This document shows, in pieces, positions 1 through 7,399 of a DNA stretch of 24,000 nt (its first letter is position 1; every line of letters begins with the position of its first letter). Under the pieces are notes generated by a model. It worked only from the letters and a program-made list of their open reading frames with translations, ran no database searches and was not told where the DNA came from. The translations under genes and the position numbers were made by a program. Source of the stretch: Hoyosella sp. YIM 151337 (lineage in GTDB: Bacteria > Actinomycetota > Actinomycetes > Mycobacteriales > Mycobacteriaceae); the NCBI RefSeq assembly GCF_026041215.1, contig NZ_JAPEIQ010000006.1, positions 116,146 through 140,145 on the forward strand. The letters run 5' to 3'.

Positions 1-34
1 TGAACGGCACCACTGAGACTGCAGGAGCACGCAC

Positions 35-1696
35 ATGACTACCGCCACGGCCCGCCGGCGCGGCCCCGAGGTCATGGGCTCCGGGGGTGCCCGCCACCCC
101 TTCGCGGGTACCGCGACCATGACACGGCTGGCATTGCGCCGCGACCGAATCCGGGTGCCCGTCTGGGTCGGTGCACTCACCCTGCTCACTGTCGGCAGCC
201 TGCAGAGCTTCCGCGACACGTATCCCACGCTCGAAGACCGGCAGACCGTGGCGCAACTCGCGGATCTGCCGGCCATGATCGGCATGGTTGGGCGTAGTTA
301 CCAGCCGCAGGACTACAACTTCGGTGTGATGCTGGGCCACCAGATGACGGTCATGACGGCACTGGTGTTCGGTCTGATGAGCATTTTGCTGATGGTGCGG
401 CACACGCGGGCCGAGGAAGAAGCCGGACGCGCGGAGCTGCTGCGCTCCAGCGTTGTCGGGCGCCATGCGACGCTCGCGTCTGCGCTTATCCTCGTCGTCA
501 GCGCGAACCTTTTGGCGGGACTGCTGACCGCGCTCGGCGTTGCCAGCAGCGGGCTTGAGGGAATCACGACAAGCGGGTCATTCCTGTACGGCGCGAGCCT
601 GGCCGCCGCTGGCATCGTTTTCGCGGGCGTCACCGCGATCACTGTCCAGATCACTGAGTATGGGCGCGGCGCCATGGGCATGGCGCTCGGCGTACTGGGG
701 GGTGCGTACGCCCTCCGCGCGGCGGGCGACATTGGTGAGAACTTCCTGCGCTGGCTCTCACCCCTTTTCTGGGGACAAGCGTCGCGGCCATTCGCCGTCG
801 ACGAGCGCTGGTGGCCACTCGCACTAACCCTGGCTACGGCTGGAATTCTGATCCTCGTTGGCTTCCGGATGAGCATCATGCGCGATGTCGGCGCAGGACT
901 TCGACCACCCAAGCTCGGCGCTCCGGAGGGGTCCGCAGCCCTGACAAATCCGCTCGGATTCGCCGTACGGCTGCAGCGCGCTGCGGCGATCGCCTGGATC
1001 GCGGGCCTCGCCGTTTTTGGACTGACCTACGGAATGCTCGTCAACGGCGTGGAAGACATGCTTGAGCAACTCACTGCCCTCGGTGACGTTCTGCCTGACA
1101 TCCCGGGCGCGAGCCTCGTCGATTCCTGGGTCGCGATGCTGATCACCTTCCTGTCGATCATCGCGTCGATCCAGGCGGTGCTCGCCGTCAACCGGTTGCG
1201 CAGCGAGGAAAACGCGGGGCGCGCCGAACCCATTCTCGCCACTGGTGTTTCGCGCAGCCGCTGGATGGGGAGCCACCTCACCGTCGCGTTCGTCAGCAGC
1301 GCGCTAGTCGTGATGGCTGCAGGGCTCGGCCTCGGCGGTGCTGGTGCAATCGCGTTGGGTGACCCGGAATTCCTCGTCCGAATGCTGGGCGCGGCAGCTG
1401 CGCATATCCCGGCGGTGTGGTTCGCGGTCGGAGTTGCGGCGGCATTGTTCGGCGTTGCGCCGCGACTGCAGGGACTCGCTTGGGTTATCCCGGTCTACGG
1501 CGTCCTCGTCGTGTACATGGGTGCGATTTTCGGATTCCCCGAATGGATGTACAACTACTCGCCGTTCGGCCATATCTCCGAAGTACCCGCTGCGCCTCTC
1601 GAGTGGACTCCGCTGATCGTCCTGATTGCGCTCACGGCGGCACTGACCACCGCGGGGCTCGCCGGTTTCCGGCGCCGCGATCTCGAATCGAAGTAG
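35..1696 (+). CDS. ABC-2-type exporter permease (large multi-pass membrane protein)
   Basis: 553-aa ORF with AGGAG about 8 nt upstream of the ATG at 35. Many hydrophobic segments in two halves, as in stand-alone ABC-2 antibiotic-exporter permeases. The partner ATPase is presumably upstream of the window. Confidence 0.7.
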   Translation: MTTATARRRGPEVMGSGGARHPFAGTATMTRLALRRDRIRVPVWVGALTLLTVGSLQSFRDTYPTLEDRQTVAQLADLPAMIGMVGRSYQPQDYNFGVMLGHQMTVMTALVFGLMSILLMVRHTRAEEEAGRAELLRSSVVGRHATLASALILVVSANLLAGLLTALGVASSGLEGITTSGSFLYGASLAAAGIVFAGVTAITVQITEYGRGAMGMALGVLGGAYALRAAGDIGENFLRWLSPLFWGQASRPFAVDERWWPLALTLATAGILILVGFRMSIMRDVGAGLRPPKLGAPEGSAALTNPLGFAVRLQRAAAIAWIAGLAVFGLTYGMLVNGVEDMLEQLTALGDVLPDIPGASLVDSWVAMLITFLSIIASIQAVLAVNRLRSEENAGRAEPILATGVSRSRWMGSHLTVAFVSSALVVMAAGLGLGGAGAIALGDPEFLVRMLGAAAAHIPAVWFAVGVAAALFGVAPRLQGLAWVIPVYGVLVVYMGAIFGFPEWMYNYSPFGHISEVPAAPLEWTPLIVLIALTAALTTAGLAGFRRRDLESK

Positions 1697-1719
1697 GCCG
1701 TTTTTTCGCCAGTACTTGG

Positions 1720-1753
1720 CCGCCCCGACGCTGTTCACGAAGCGTCGGGGCGG
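1720..1753. terminator. GC-rich hairpin between convergent genes (bidirectional terminator candidate)
   Basis: ccgccccgacgct (1720-1732) pairs perfectly with agcgtcggggcgg (1741-1753) around an 8-nt loop. It lies between the permease stop (1696) and the mini-ORF stop (1760). Confidence 0.55.
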
Positions 1754-1759
1754 TTCCCG

Positions 1760-1900
1760 TTAGGACGGCAGATTGAACCAGCCCTGGCTGAAGGTCCAGC
1801 CAGAACTGAACGGGAAGGTATCGGCGGTCAGGAAATCAATGATTGAGCCCAGCGAGATTTCCGGCAGTGCCATGTTGATCAGGTCGAGAATGATGTCCAT
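1760..1900 (-). CDS. unannotated 46-aa anionic Phe/Trp/Ser-rich mini-protein (PorA/PorH-like candidate)
   Basis: Manual translation: MDIILDLINMALPEISLGSIIDFLTADTFPFSSGWTFSQGWFNLPS. AAGGAG lies 7 nt upstream of the ATG, and an in-frame stop sits directly upstream. Third codon positions are G/C-rich (all Phe = TTC). It starts 42 nt downstream of the esterase stop on the same strand. It is a paralog of the ORF at 3082..3195. Confidence 0.6.
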   Translation of the reverse strand: MDIILDLINMALPEISLGSIIDFLTADTFPFSSGWTFSQGWFNLPS

Positions 1901-1942
1901 TCACGCGCTCCTTACGGAAAGTAGTTGTGCCACCTAAATGAT

Positions 1943-2986
1943 CTATCCGAGCCCGATCGCTTCGCTGAGGATTGGCCACGAAACGCGGAGATCTTCTTCC
2001 CAGTAGGCCCATGAGTGCGTCCCAGCGGGGCGCAGGTTGATGTGCGCCGGGATGTTCAGCTCATCAAGGCGGCGGGCGAAGTCCACGGTGCATTGATAGG
2101 TGGCGGCTTCGAGAAGCCCGCCGACAACGAGGAGGTTCGCATACCTCGCCGGACTTCCCTGCACGAAGTCGTTGTCGAACGTGTCGTATGGTCCCGGAAG
2201 CCCGGTGGCACTAGAGACGTAAACGACTGTCCCCCGCAGCCCTTCAGCATTGAGGTACGGATCGTACTCACGCCAGGCGGGCGAGCCTGATGGTCCCCAC
2301 ATGTTGTCGACGTCGCCCGGGCCAGCCAGCACCGTTCGCACATAGAATTCGCCAAGCCGATCACTGGTTCTGGCGCACCCGCTGTAAGAACCTACGGCGT
2401 CATAGACCTCTGGCGCAGCTATCGCGAGGGCAAGCACCGACGTCGCTGACATCGACAAACCCGCGATAGCGTTGCGGCCCGTGGCGCCGAGCGCGGTATC
2501 GACAATGGGCGGCAATTCGCGAGTTAAGAAGGTTTCCCACTTGACGATTCCAAGGTCCGGGTCCTCGTTAATCCAGTCTGTGTAGTACGTGTACGCGCCG
2601 CCAATGGGCGTCACCACGTTGACATTCTTGTCCATGAAGAAGCCGAAGAGATCGGTCCGCTCACGCCAGGTGGCCGAGTCTTCTCCCCCGCCTGCACCGT
2701 TCAGCAAGTACAGAGTCGGGCGTGCAACCGAGTTGTCGGCCGGAGTGATCACCTCGAGCGGAATGACCTTTTGCATCGCCGCCGAGTAGACGTAAAGCAT
2801 CGCCTCGCGGTCACTAATGCGCTCAATACGGTCTAGATAGGAGCCAGTCGTGCTGACAGACGGTGGCGGCCCGGTTTCCGGGTCTCCGTTCTGCCCTGGC
2901 AAGCCGGGCTGCGCAGACGCGACGGATGACTGAACAAACAAGAGGGCGAGCGCGAGAAGTGCGCCCGTGCGTAGTCTGAGTCTCAC
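1943..2986 (-). CDS. secreted mycolyltransferase / esterase of the antigen-85 (PS1, Cmt) family
   Basis: Ag85 hallmarks: PTLYLLNG, VVTPIGGAYTYYTDW, KWETFLTRELP, nucleophile motif AGLSMSATS and His motif GTHSWAYW. Start chosen at the GTG at 2986 (GGAGG 8 nt upstream), giving a signal peptide (V)RLRLRTGALLALALLFVQSSVASA/Q. The track ORF extends to 3133, which is probably spurious. Confidence 0.88.
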   Translation of the reverse strand: MRLRLRTGALLALALLFVQSSVASAQPGLPGQNGDPETGPPPSVSTTGSYLDRIERISDREAMLYVYSAAMQKVIPLEVITPADNSVARPTLYLLNGAGGGEDSATWRERTDLFGFFMDKNVNVVTPIGGAYTYYTDWINEDPDLGIVKWETFLTRELPPIVDTALGATGRNAIAGLSMSATSVLALAIAAPEVYDAVGSYSGCARTSDRLGEFYVRTVLAGPGDVDNMWGPSGSPAWREYDPYLNAEGLRGTVVYVSSATGLPGPYDTFDNDFVQGSPARYANLLVVGGLLEAATYQCTVDFARRLDELNIPAHINLRPAGTHSWAYWEEDLRVSWPILSEAIGLG

Positions 2987-3081
2987 TCCCCAGACCTCCA
3001 AGCTCGAAGAAGGAGTTATTACCCGAAAAATGCGGCGTGCTGGGCGCGGTATCCGCGCCCAGCACCCGCTCGCTGGCCCGT

Positions 3082-3195
3082 CTAGCTGCCGATGGTCAAG
3101 TTCAGGAAGTCTGAACTCATGAAGTTGAACCATTCTGAACTGAACGCCCAGTCAGAACTGAAGTTGAACACCCAGTTAAGGAAGTCGCTGGACAC
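3082..3195 (-). CDS. unannotated 37-aa anionic Phe/Trp/Ser-rich mini-protein, paralog of 1760..1900
   Basis: Manual translation from GTG: (M)SSDFLNWVFNFSSDWAFSSEWFNFMSSDFLNLTIGS. GGAGG lies 7 nt upstream. All Phe codons are TTC and all Asn codons AAC. It shares an FxFSSxWxFSxxWFNxxS motif with the 46-aa ORF. It ends 95 nt upstream of the esterase start on the same strand. Confidence 0.5.
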   Translation of the reverse strand: MSSDFLNWVFNFSSDWAFSSEWFNFMSSDFLNLTIGS

Positions 3196-3642
3196 CGCAT
3201 CGCCTCCATCTCGAGAACATCACCACACACCACGTGCAGCCATAATGAGGTATATCACATTTGCGTCACAGAGAATCACTAATTGTGTCCCCTAAATTTC
3301 CGTCCCTAATTTGACCTACACGTTGATGATCTTGTTTCTAACAGACAGAAACTAATTCGCTAGGATAAGCATTTATCCGGTCCTCTAGGTACCCATTTGG
3401 AACAAAGTTGCCGTTAATGTCACGAACGTCCCACGAATCTAAAATAATCACATTGGCCACACGCTGCCTTGGCGAATCCCCAGGTCAGTCGTGGCTCGCG
3501 TGTTCGAACTGTTGCGCCCCGCTACGACCCGCCCGCACTTCGAACAAAACCAGGAGATGTGACCGAATGGGCAATTGCACTTGTGCTCAGCAAATCGTGT
3601 GATTCCTGGACGTTGCGCATTCGCAATCGCGTAAGACGGCCG

Positions 3643-4089
3643 TCAGCGTACAGCTTGCTTAACCAGGTCAGCTAGACGTGCCCAGCCCGTTTCGGTCACC
3701 TGGGTCAGCGCATACGATGTGGGCCATATTCCGCTCGCTTCGTCCAGGCTCGCCTCCGCGCTGAATCCGAAGGTCGAGAAGCGCTCCTTATCCATTTGCC
3801 CGCTGCGGAAAAAGCACACTACCTTTCCTTTTCTGGCGTAAGCGGGCTGCCCGTAGTACAGCTTTGGCGCGAGGTCCGGCGCAACAGATGTCACTATCGC
3901 GTGCACACGCTCGGCCATGTGCCGATCCGGCTCGGGCATCTGCGCAATCTTCGCGCGCACGTCGGCCTCGTCGGCAGCGGCTTTATCCGCGGCTCGGCTG
4001 CGCCGCTTCTGCGCCGTCAACTCCGCGGACCGCTCCTTCATCGCGGTGCGCTCAAGGTCGGAAAACCCAGAGTCCGATGATGCGCCCAT
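3643..4089 (-). CDS. DUF1801 (YdhG-like) family protein, function unknown
   Basis: 148-aa ORF. The C-terminal part (PKLYYGQPAYARKGKVVCFFRSGQ...FSTFGF) resembles DUF1801 proteins as I remember them. The N-terminus is charged and probably disordered. Confidence 0.6.
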   Translation of the reverse strand: MGASSDSGFSDLERTAMKERSAELTAQKRRSRAADKAAADEADVRAKIAQMPEPDRHMAERVHAIVTSVAPDLAPKLYYGQPAYARKGKVVCFFRSGQMDKERFSTFGFSAEASLDEASGIWPTSYALTQVTETGWARLADLVKQAVR

Positions 4090-4176
4090 GGTGGCTCCTT
4101 CGTCTGCGTCGCTGCTCTTCCTGACGAATCCAAGCTAGCCAATGGCGACGATCCGCACTTCTCGAATTCTGATCAA

Positions 4177-4634
4177 TCACGCTTGCGGTCCGCGCGGGTA
4201 GGCAACTGCCAGTGCCCATTCCGCTATCCGGTCGTCATACCCGTGAGCCGGGAAAGTGCCGTCAACAGACACATCCTCGATCGTCATGGAGACGAAGCCG
4301 TCCACCGTCCTGGCCTGTGGGGGCCAATCCGGTGTGAGGCTAGGTCGCCGCACACGGCCCCGGTTGTGCCGAACCGCACGCGCCGTCAGCGCTGTCACTG
4401 CCTGCAAGCCACCGAACAGAAACGCATCAATGATTCGCCACTGCCCCGCCAGCACGTCCGCCCTACTCTGTGAGGGATGCCGGAGGAGGTAGCAGGCCAC
4501 GTTAACCGCGTGATAGTCCCCCACGGCTGTCGACGTTCGTGATCCAGCGCCAGCAAGGCCATGAACAAGCCAGCGCAAGGCCCATACCGGCCCGGCGCGG
4601 CACATTCGCTGCACGCACTTTCCATAGCAGTCAC
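4177..4634 (-). pseudogene. DUF5946-like gene split by a 1-nt frameshift in a C5/G5 homopolymer
   Basis: The N-terminal part (4634 downward) reads (M)TAMESACSECAAPGRYGPCAGLFMALLALDHERRQPWG. The remainder continues in the -1 frame as DYHAVNVACYLLRHPSQ... to the stop at 4177. Adding one G at the run 4518..4522 restores ...RRQPWGDYHAVNVACYLLRHP... Confidence 0.6.
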
Positions 4635-4682
4635 AGTAGAAGTTGCCGTGGCGTCACCCGCAAATGCGGAGGCAAGAACTAT

Positions 4683-5252
4683 TCAACTCCCAATCGCGCG
4701 CTCTAAGACCGCACGAAGGTGGTGCGGGTTCGCCGGAGCGTTGTCGAGGAGGATTGCGGTGCACAAGCCGTCGGACGCAGCGACGAGGGCGTCGATCGAT
4801 TGCGGGTCCTCAGTGAGCGAAGCGGCAAGTTCGGCAATATTCTCGCGCCACCGCCGCGCCACGGGCCGCAACGCGGGACGGCGGGCGGCCAGGGTGGTGA
4901 GTTCGCGCTCCGCCAATGCTCGTTCCCGGCCCGGACCCGCGGACTCAGCGATGAGCTGGGCGAGGCCTGCGAGTTTGTCGCCAGGGCCGTCAAGGATCTC
5001 ACGGATCCGGGTGGTGTATTCGTCGGCGACGCTGGTAAGCGCAGCGACGAGCAGGTCATCGAGAGTGGAGAAGTAATACGTGCTCAGCGACGTCGCGATG
5101 CCAGCCTGTTTCGCAACAGTGCGGTGCGTGACACCGGCGGCGCCATCGCGCGTGACTACGGCCAGGGTGGCGTCGATTATTTCGGCGCGCCGCCTCGCTC
5201 CGCGCAGCCGACGGCCGTCGCGAGCTTCGCCGTCTTCGCGGGCGTGGTCCAT
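4683..5252 (-). CDS. TetR/AcrR-family transcriptional regulator
   Basis: 189 aa with an N-terminal HTH (RRRAEIIDATLAVVTRDGAAGVTHRTVAKQAGIATSLSTYYF). Located immediately downstream of the MFS gene and co-oriented with it. Confidence 0.85.
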   Translation of the reverse strand: MDHAREDGEARDGRRLRGARRRAEIIDATLAVVTRDGAAGVTHRTVAKQAGIATSLSTYYFSTLDDLLVAALTSVADEYTTRIREILDGPGDKLAGLAQLIAESAGPGRERALAERELTTLAARRPALRPVARRWRENIAELAASLTEDPQSIDALVAASDGLCTAILLDNAPANPHHLRAVLERAIGS

Positions 5253-6817
5253 GCTCCCTCCTCGCTCACCCCTACGCTAGCCGAACCGTCAGTGGAGCGT
5301 TCGCGCTGCGGTGCGGCACTGTGCCCGAGGCGAGGCACGTGGCGCAGCATCCACAAGCACAGCACCGCCACCGCTGCGATTACAGCTCCCGCGACGATCG
5401 ATGAGACGTTGAGGCCCCCGGTAAACGCGCGCTGAGCATCTTCAACGGCCCCGGCTGGGAGCCTGTCGGCAAAGAGGATGGCGCTGTTGAGGCTGTCACC
5501 GATCGCGTGCGACGCGTCCCCGGCCAGACCGTCGGGTACGGATACCCGAGCACGGTAGACGGCAGCGGCGAGACTGCCCAGCAACGCAACACCGAGGGCA
5601 ATGCCCAGTTCCTGGACCGTCTCCGATAACGATGCTGCCGACCCCGACTTTGAGGGCGGCGCCGCACCAACCACCATGTCGGTGCCGAGTGCGGCGATGG
5701 CACCGAGGCCGAGATAAACGAAGGCGAATCCGATCGCTACGGTGACCTCGCCGTCCAGGCCAACGGTCGCGAGTAAGGCGTAGCCGACGAGCGAGATCAC
5801 GAGGGTGGCGCCCATGACATAGCCGGGGCGCACGCGGCGCGCGATCAGCGGTGCCCCGATCGCGGCGACAAACATCGCCAGCGCCGGAGGGCCCATCCAC
5901 AGCCCAGCAACGAATGGCGTGAGTCCTTCGACCAACTGGAGGTACTGGGTGACCAGGAACATCGAGCCACCGACTCCCACGAGACCGACCAAGAGCACGC
6001 TCAGCGCCACGCTAAAGGCCCGGATGCGGAAAAGCGTCAGATCAAGCAGGGGGTCGGGTAGCCGTCGCTGCCGTCGCACGAACAGCAGCCCCGCCATGAC
6101 GCCTGCCAAAGCGAGTAACAACGATTCTGCTTGGGGTCCGTAGGCGGCCATGTGCTTGATGGCGTAGATCATCGGAAGAATCGCGGCGAGTGACAGAGCC
6201 ACGCTGAATAGGTCGAGCTTCCCTGCGGACGGGTCAGCGAACTCCGGCAGCAGAACTCGGGCCCCAGCGAGCACGGCTATCGCGATAGGCACCGCTAGCA
6301 GGAACGCTGCGCCCCACCAGAACGCGTCAACCAGCAACCCGCCCACAACGGGCCCCGCTGCCATGCCCAGCGCGAACATCGTCGCCCACACGCCGATCGC
6401 GACCGCGCGCTGGCGAACGTCCGGAAACATGTTCGAGATCAGCGACAACGTCGACGGCATGAGCGTCGCGCCGGCGACCCCCAAGAGCGCCCTGGCGACG
6501 ATCAGCAGCTCTGCGGTTGGTGCGAACGCGGCGAAGACTGACGCAGCTGCAAACGCGGCCAATCCGATCATCAGCAACCGGCGCCGCCCTATTCGATCCC
6601 CCAGCGTGCCCATCGTGACGAGAAATCCAGCGATGAAGAACCCGTAGGCGTCCATGATCCATAGCAGCTGCGGAGCCGAAGGCGTCAGGTCGGCGACCAT
6701 GCTCGGCGCTACCAGATACAGCACAGTCACGTCCAAGCCCAGCAGCACCGTCGGCAAGGCGAGTAGTCCAAGCCCAGCCCATTGGCGGGGTCCGGCCCGT
6801 ACCGAGTGTTCGTGCAT
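5177..6817 (-). CDS. MFS drug/H+ antiporter, 14-TMS DHA2 (EmrB/QacA-like) type
   Basis: Start chosen at the ATG at 6817 (GGGAGG upstream); the track ORF begins at a TTG at 6877. MFS motif GTLGDRIGRRRLL and many TM segments. The 3' end overlaps the tetR start by 76 nt. Confidence 0.85.
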   Translation of the reverse strand: MHEHSVRAGPRQWAGLGLLALPTVLLGLDVTVLYLVAPSMVADLTPSAPQLLWIMDAYGFFIAGFLVTMGTLGDRIGRRRLLMIGLAAFAAASVFAAFAPTAELLIVARALLGVAGATLMPSTLSLISNMFPDVRQRAVAIGVWATMFALGMAAGPVVGGLLVDAFWWGAAFLLAVPIAIAVLAGARVLLPEFADPSAGKLDLFSVALSLAAILPMIYAIKHMAAYGPQAESLLLALAGVMAGLLFVRRQRRLPDPLLDLTLFRIRAFSVALSVLLVGLVGVGGSMFLVTQYLQLVEGLTPFVAGLWMGPPALAMFVAAIGAPLIARRVRPGYVMGATLVISLVGYALLATVGLDGEVTVAIGFAFVYLGLGAIAALGTDMVVGAAPPSKSGSAASLSETVQELGIALGVALLGSLAAAVYRARVSVPDGLAGDASHAIGDSLNSAILFADRLPAGAVEDAQRAFTGGLNVSSIVAGAVIAAVAVLCLWMLRHVPRLGHSAAPQRERSTDGSASVGVSEEGAWTTPAKTAKLATAVGCAERGGAPK

Positions 6818-6841
6818 TCCAGCCTCCCGCCTAGGGATATT

Positions 6842-6880
6842 TATTTGAACGATAATACAAGTTGTACTTTGATTCAAATA
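6842..6880. promoter_or_regulatory. 39-bp AT-rich imperfect palindrome, candidate TetR operator / mfs-tetR promoter
   Basis: Centred on g6861, with 15 of 19 symmetric positions pairing. The core is tacaa-g-ttgta and the outer arms are tatttgaa / ttcaaata. It lies 25-63 nt upstream of the MFS ATG. Confidence 0.45.
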
Positions 6881-7085
6881 TCTCTCGTGCAGGCCGAGTG
6901 CAACGCTGTCTGGCGCTCAGCATTTCGGTGGGGGCGAGCCACGCGTCGCACGCACCTCTGGCGAAGCTGTGAGGGTGAACTTTCGCGATGGCGGCCGATC
7001 AGATCGAATCTGCCCTCTCGCTGGGAACTTGCCCGGCGCGCGGCCGGGGCAAATTCCCGGCAACAGGGCAACTGAGGAGTCCAAA

Positions 7086-7112
7086 CGAAAAACCCCGGCC
7101 AATGACCGGGGT
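7086..7112 (-). terminator. intrinsic terminator downstream of tRNA-Ala
   Basis: On the minus strand, accccgg - 7-nt loop - ccggggt is followed by TTTTT. Confidence 0.6.
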
Positions 7113-7124
7113 CTTCGCACACTG

Positions 7125-7197
7125 TGGAGCTAGGGGGAATCGAACCCCCGACCTTCTCGATGCGAACGAGACGCGCTACCAACTGCGCTATAGCCCC
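7125..7197 (-). tRNA. tRNA-Ala (anticodon CGC)
   Basis: Reverse complement: GGGGCTATAGCGCAGTTGGTAGCGCGTCTCGTTCGCATCGAGAAGGTCGGGGGTTCGATTCCCCCTAGCTCCA. It folds as a cloverleaf with the G3:U70 alanine identity pair, anticodon loop TT-CGC-AT and T-loop GGTTCGATTCC. CCA is not encoded. Confidence 0.93.
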
Positions 7198-7399
7198 AGG
7201 CGCAGTGATTGTGTCACTGCATCGGCAACCTTAGCAGGCCGCGCATCCGCTAGTGAAACCGGCGCGCAACGTTGTGCGCAGCGCCGGCGATATACCTGGT
7301 AACTACTCGGCAACGAACTTCGCCAGCGGCGTTTTTTGTCAGACCCCAGGGGCACACTGGATATGTAGAGGAGGCGCAAGAATACACCCCTGAGCAGGG

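Noticed and set aside
2987-3133. 5' extension of the esterase ORF (MVQLHEFRLPELDHRQ...) given in the track.
   Set aside because: There is no RBS at 3133. The GTG at 2986 has GGAGG upstream and begins a textbook signal peptide. The extension overlaps the RBS-equipped mini-ORF at 3082..3195 in another frame.
3092-3295. Plus-strand 67-aa ORF with a striking SEL...SEL...SEL periodicity.
   Set aside because: It is the antisense image of the repeat-built minus-strand mini-ORF. It has no RBS, uses AT-ending codons atypical for this genome, and runs into the AT-rich intergenic region.
3567-3602. 11-codon ORF MGNCTCAQQIV with AGGAGA 9 nt upstream (possible Cys-containing leader peptide).
   Set aside because: It is too short to evaluate and no downstream plus-strand gene exists for it to regulate, since it converges on the DUF1801 gene. 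Kept only as a note.
6874-7302. ORFs 6874..7182(-), 6917..7120(-) and 6988..7302(+) spanning the tRNA region.
   Set aside because: They read straight through tRNA-Ala and its terminator (the ...VGGSIPPSS translation is the T-arm), so they are artefacts.
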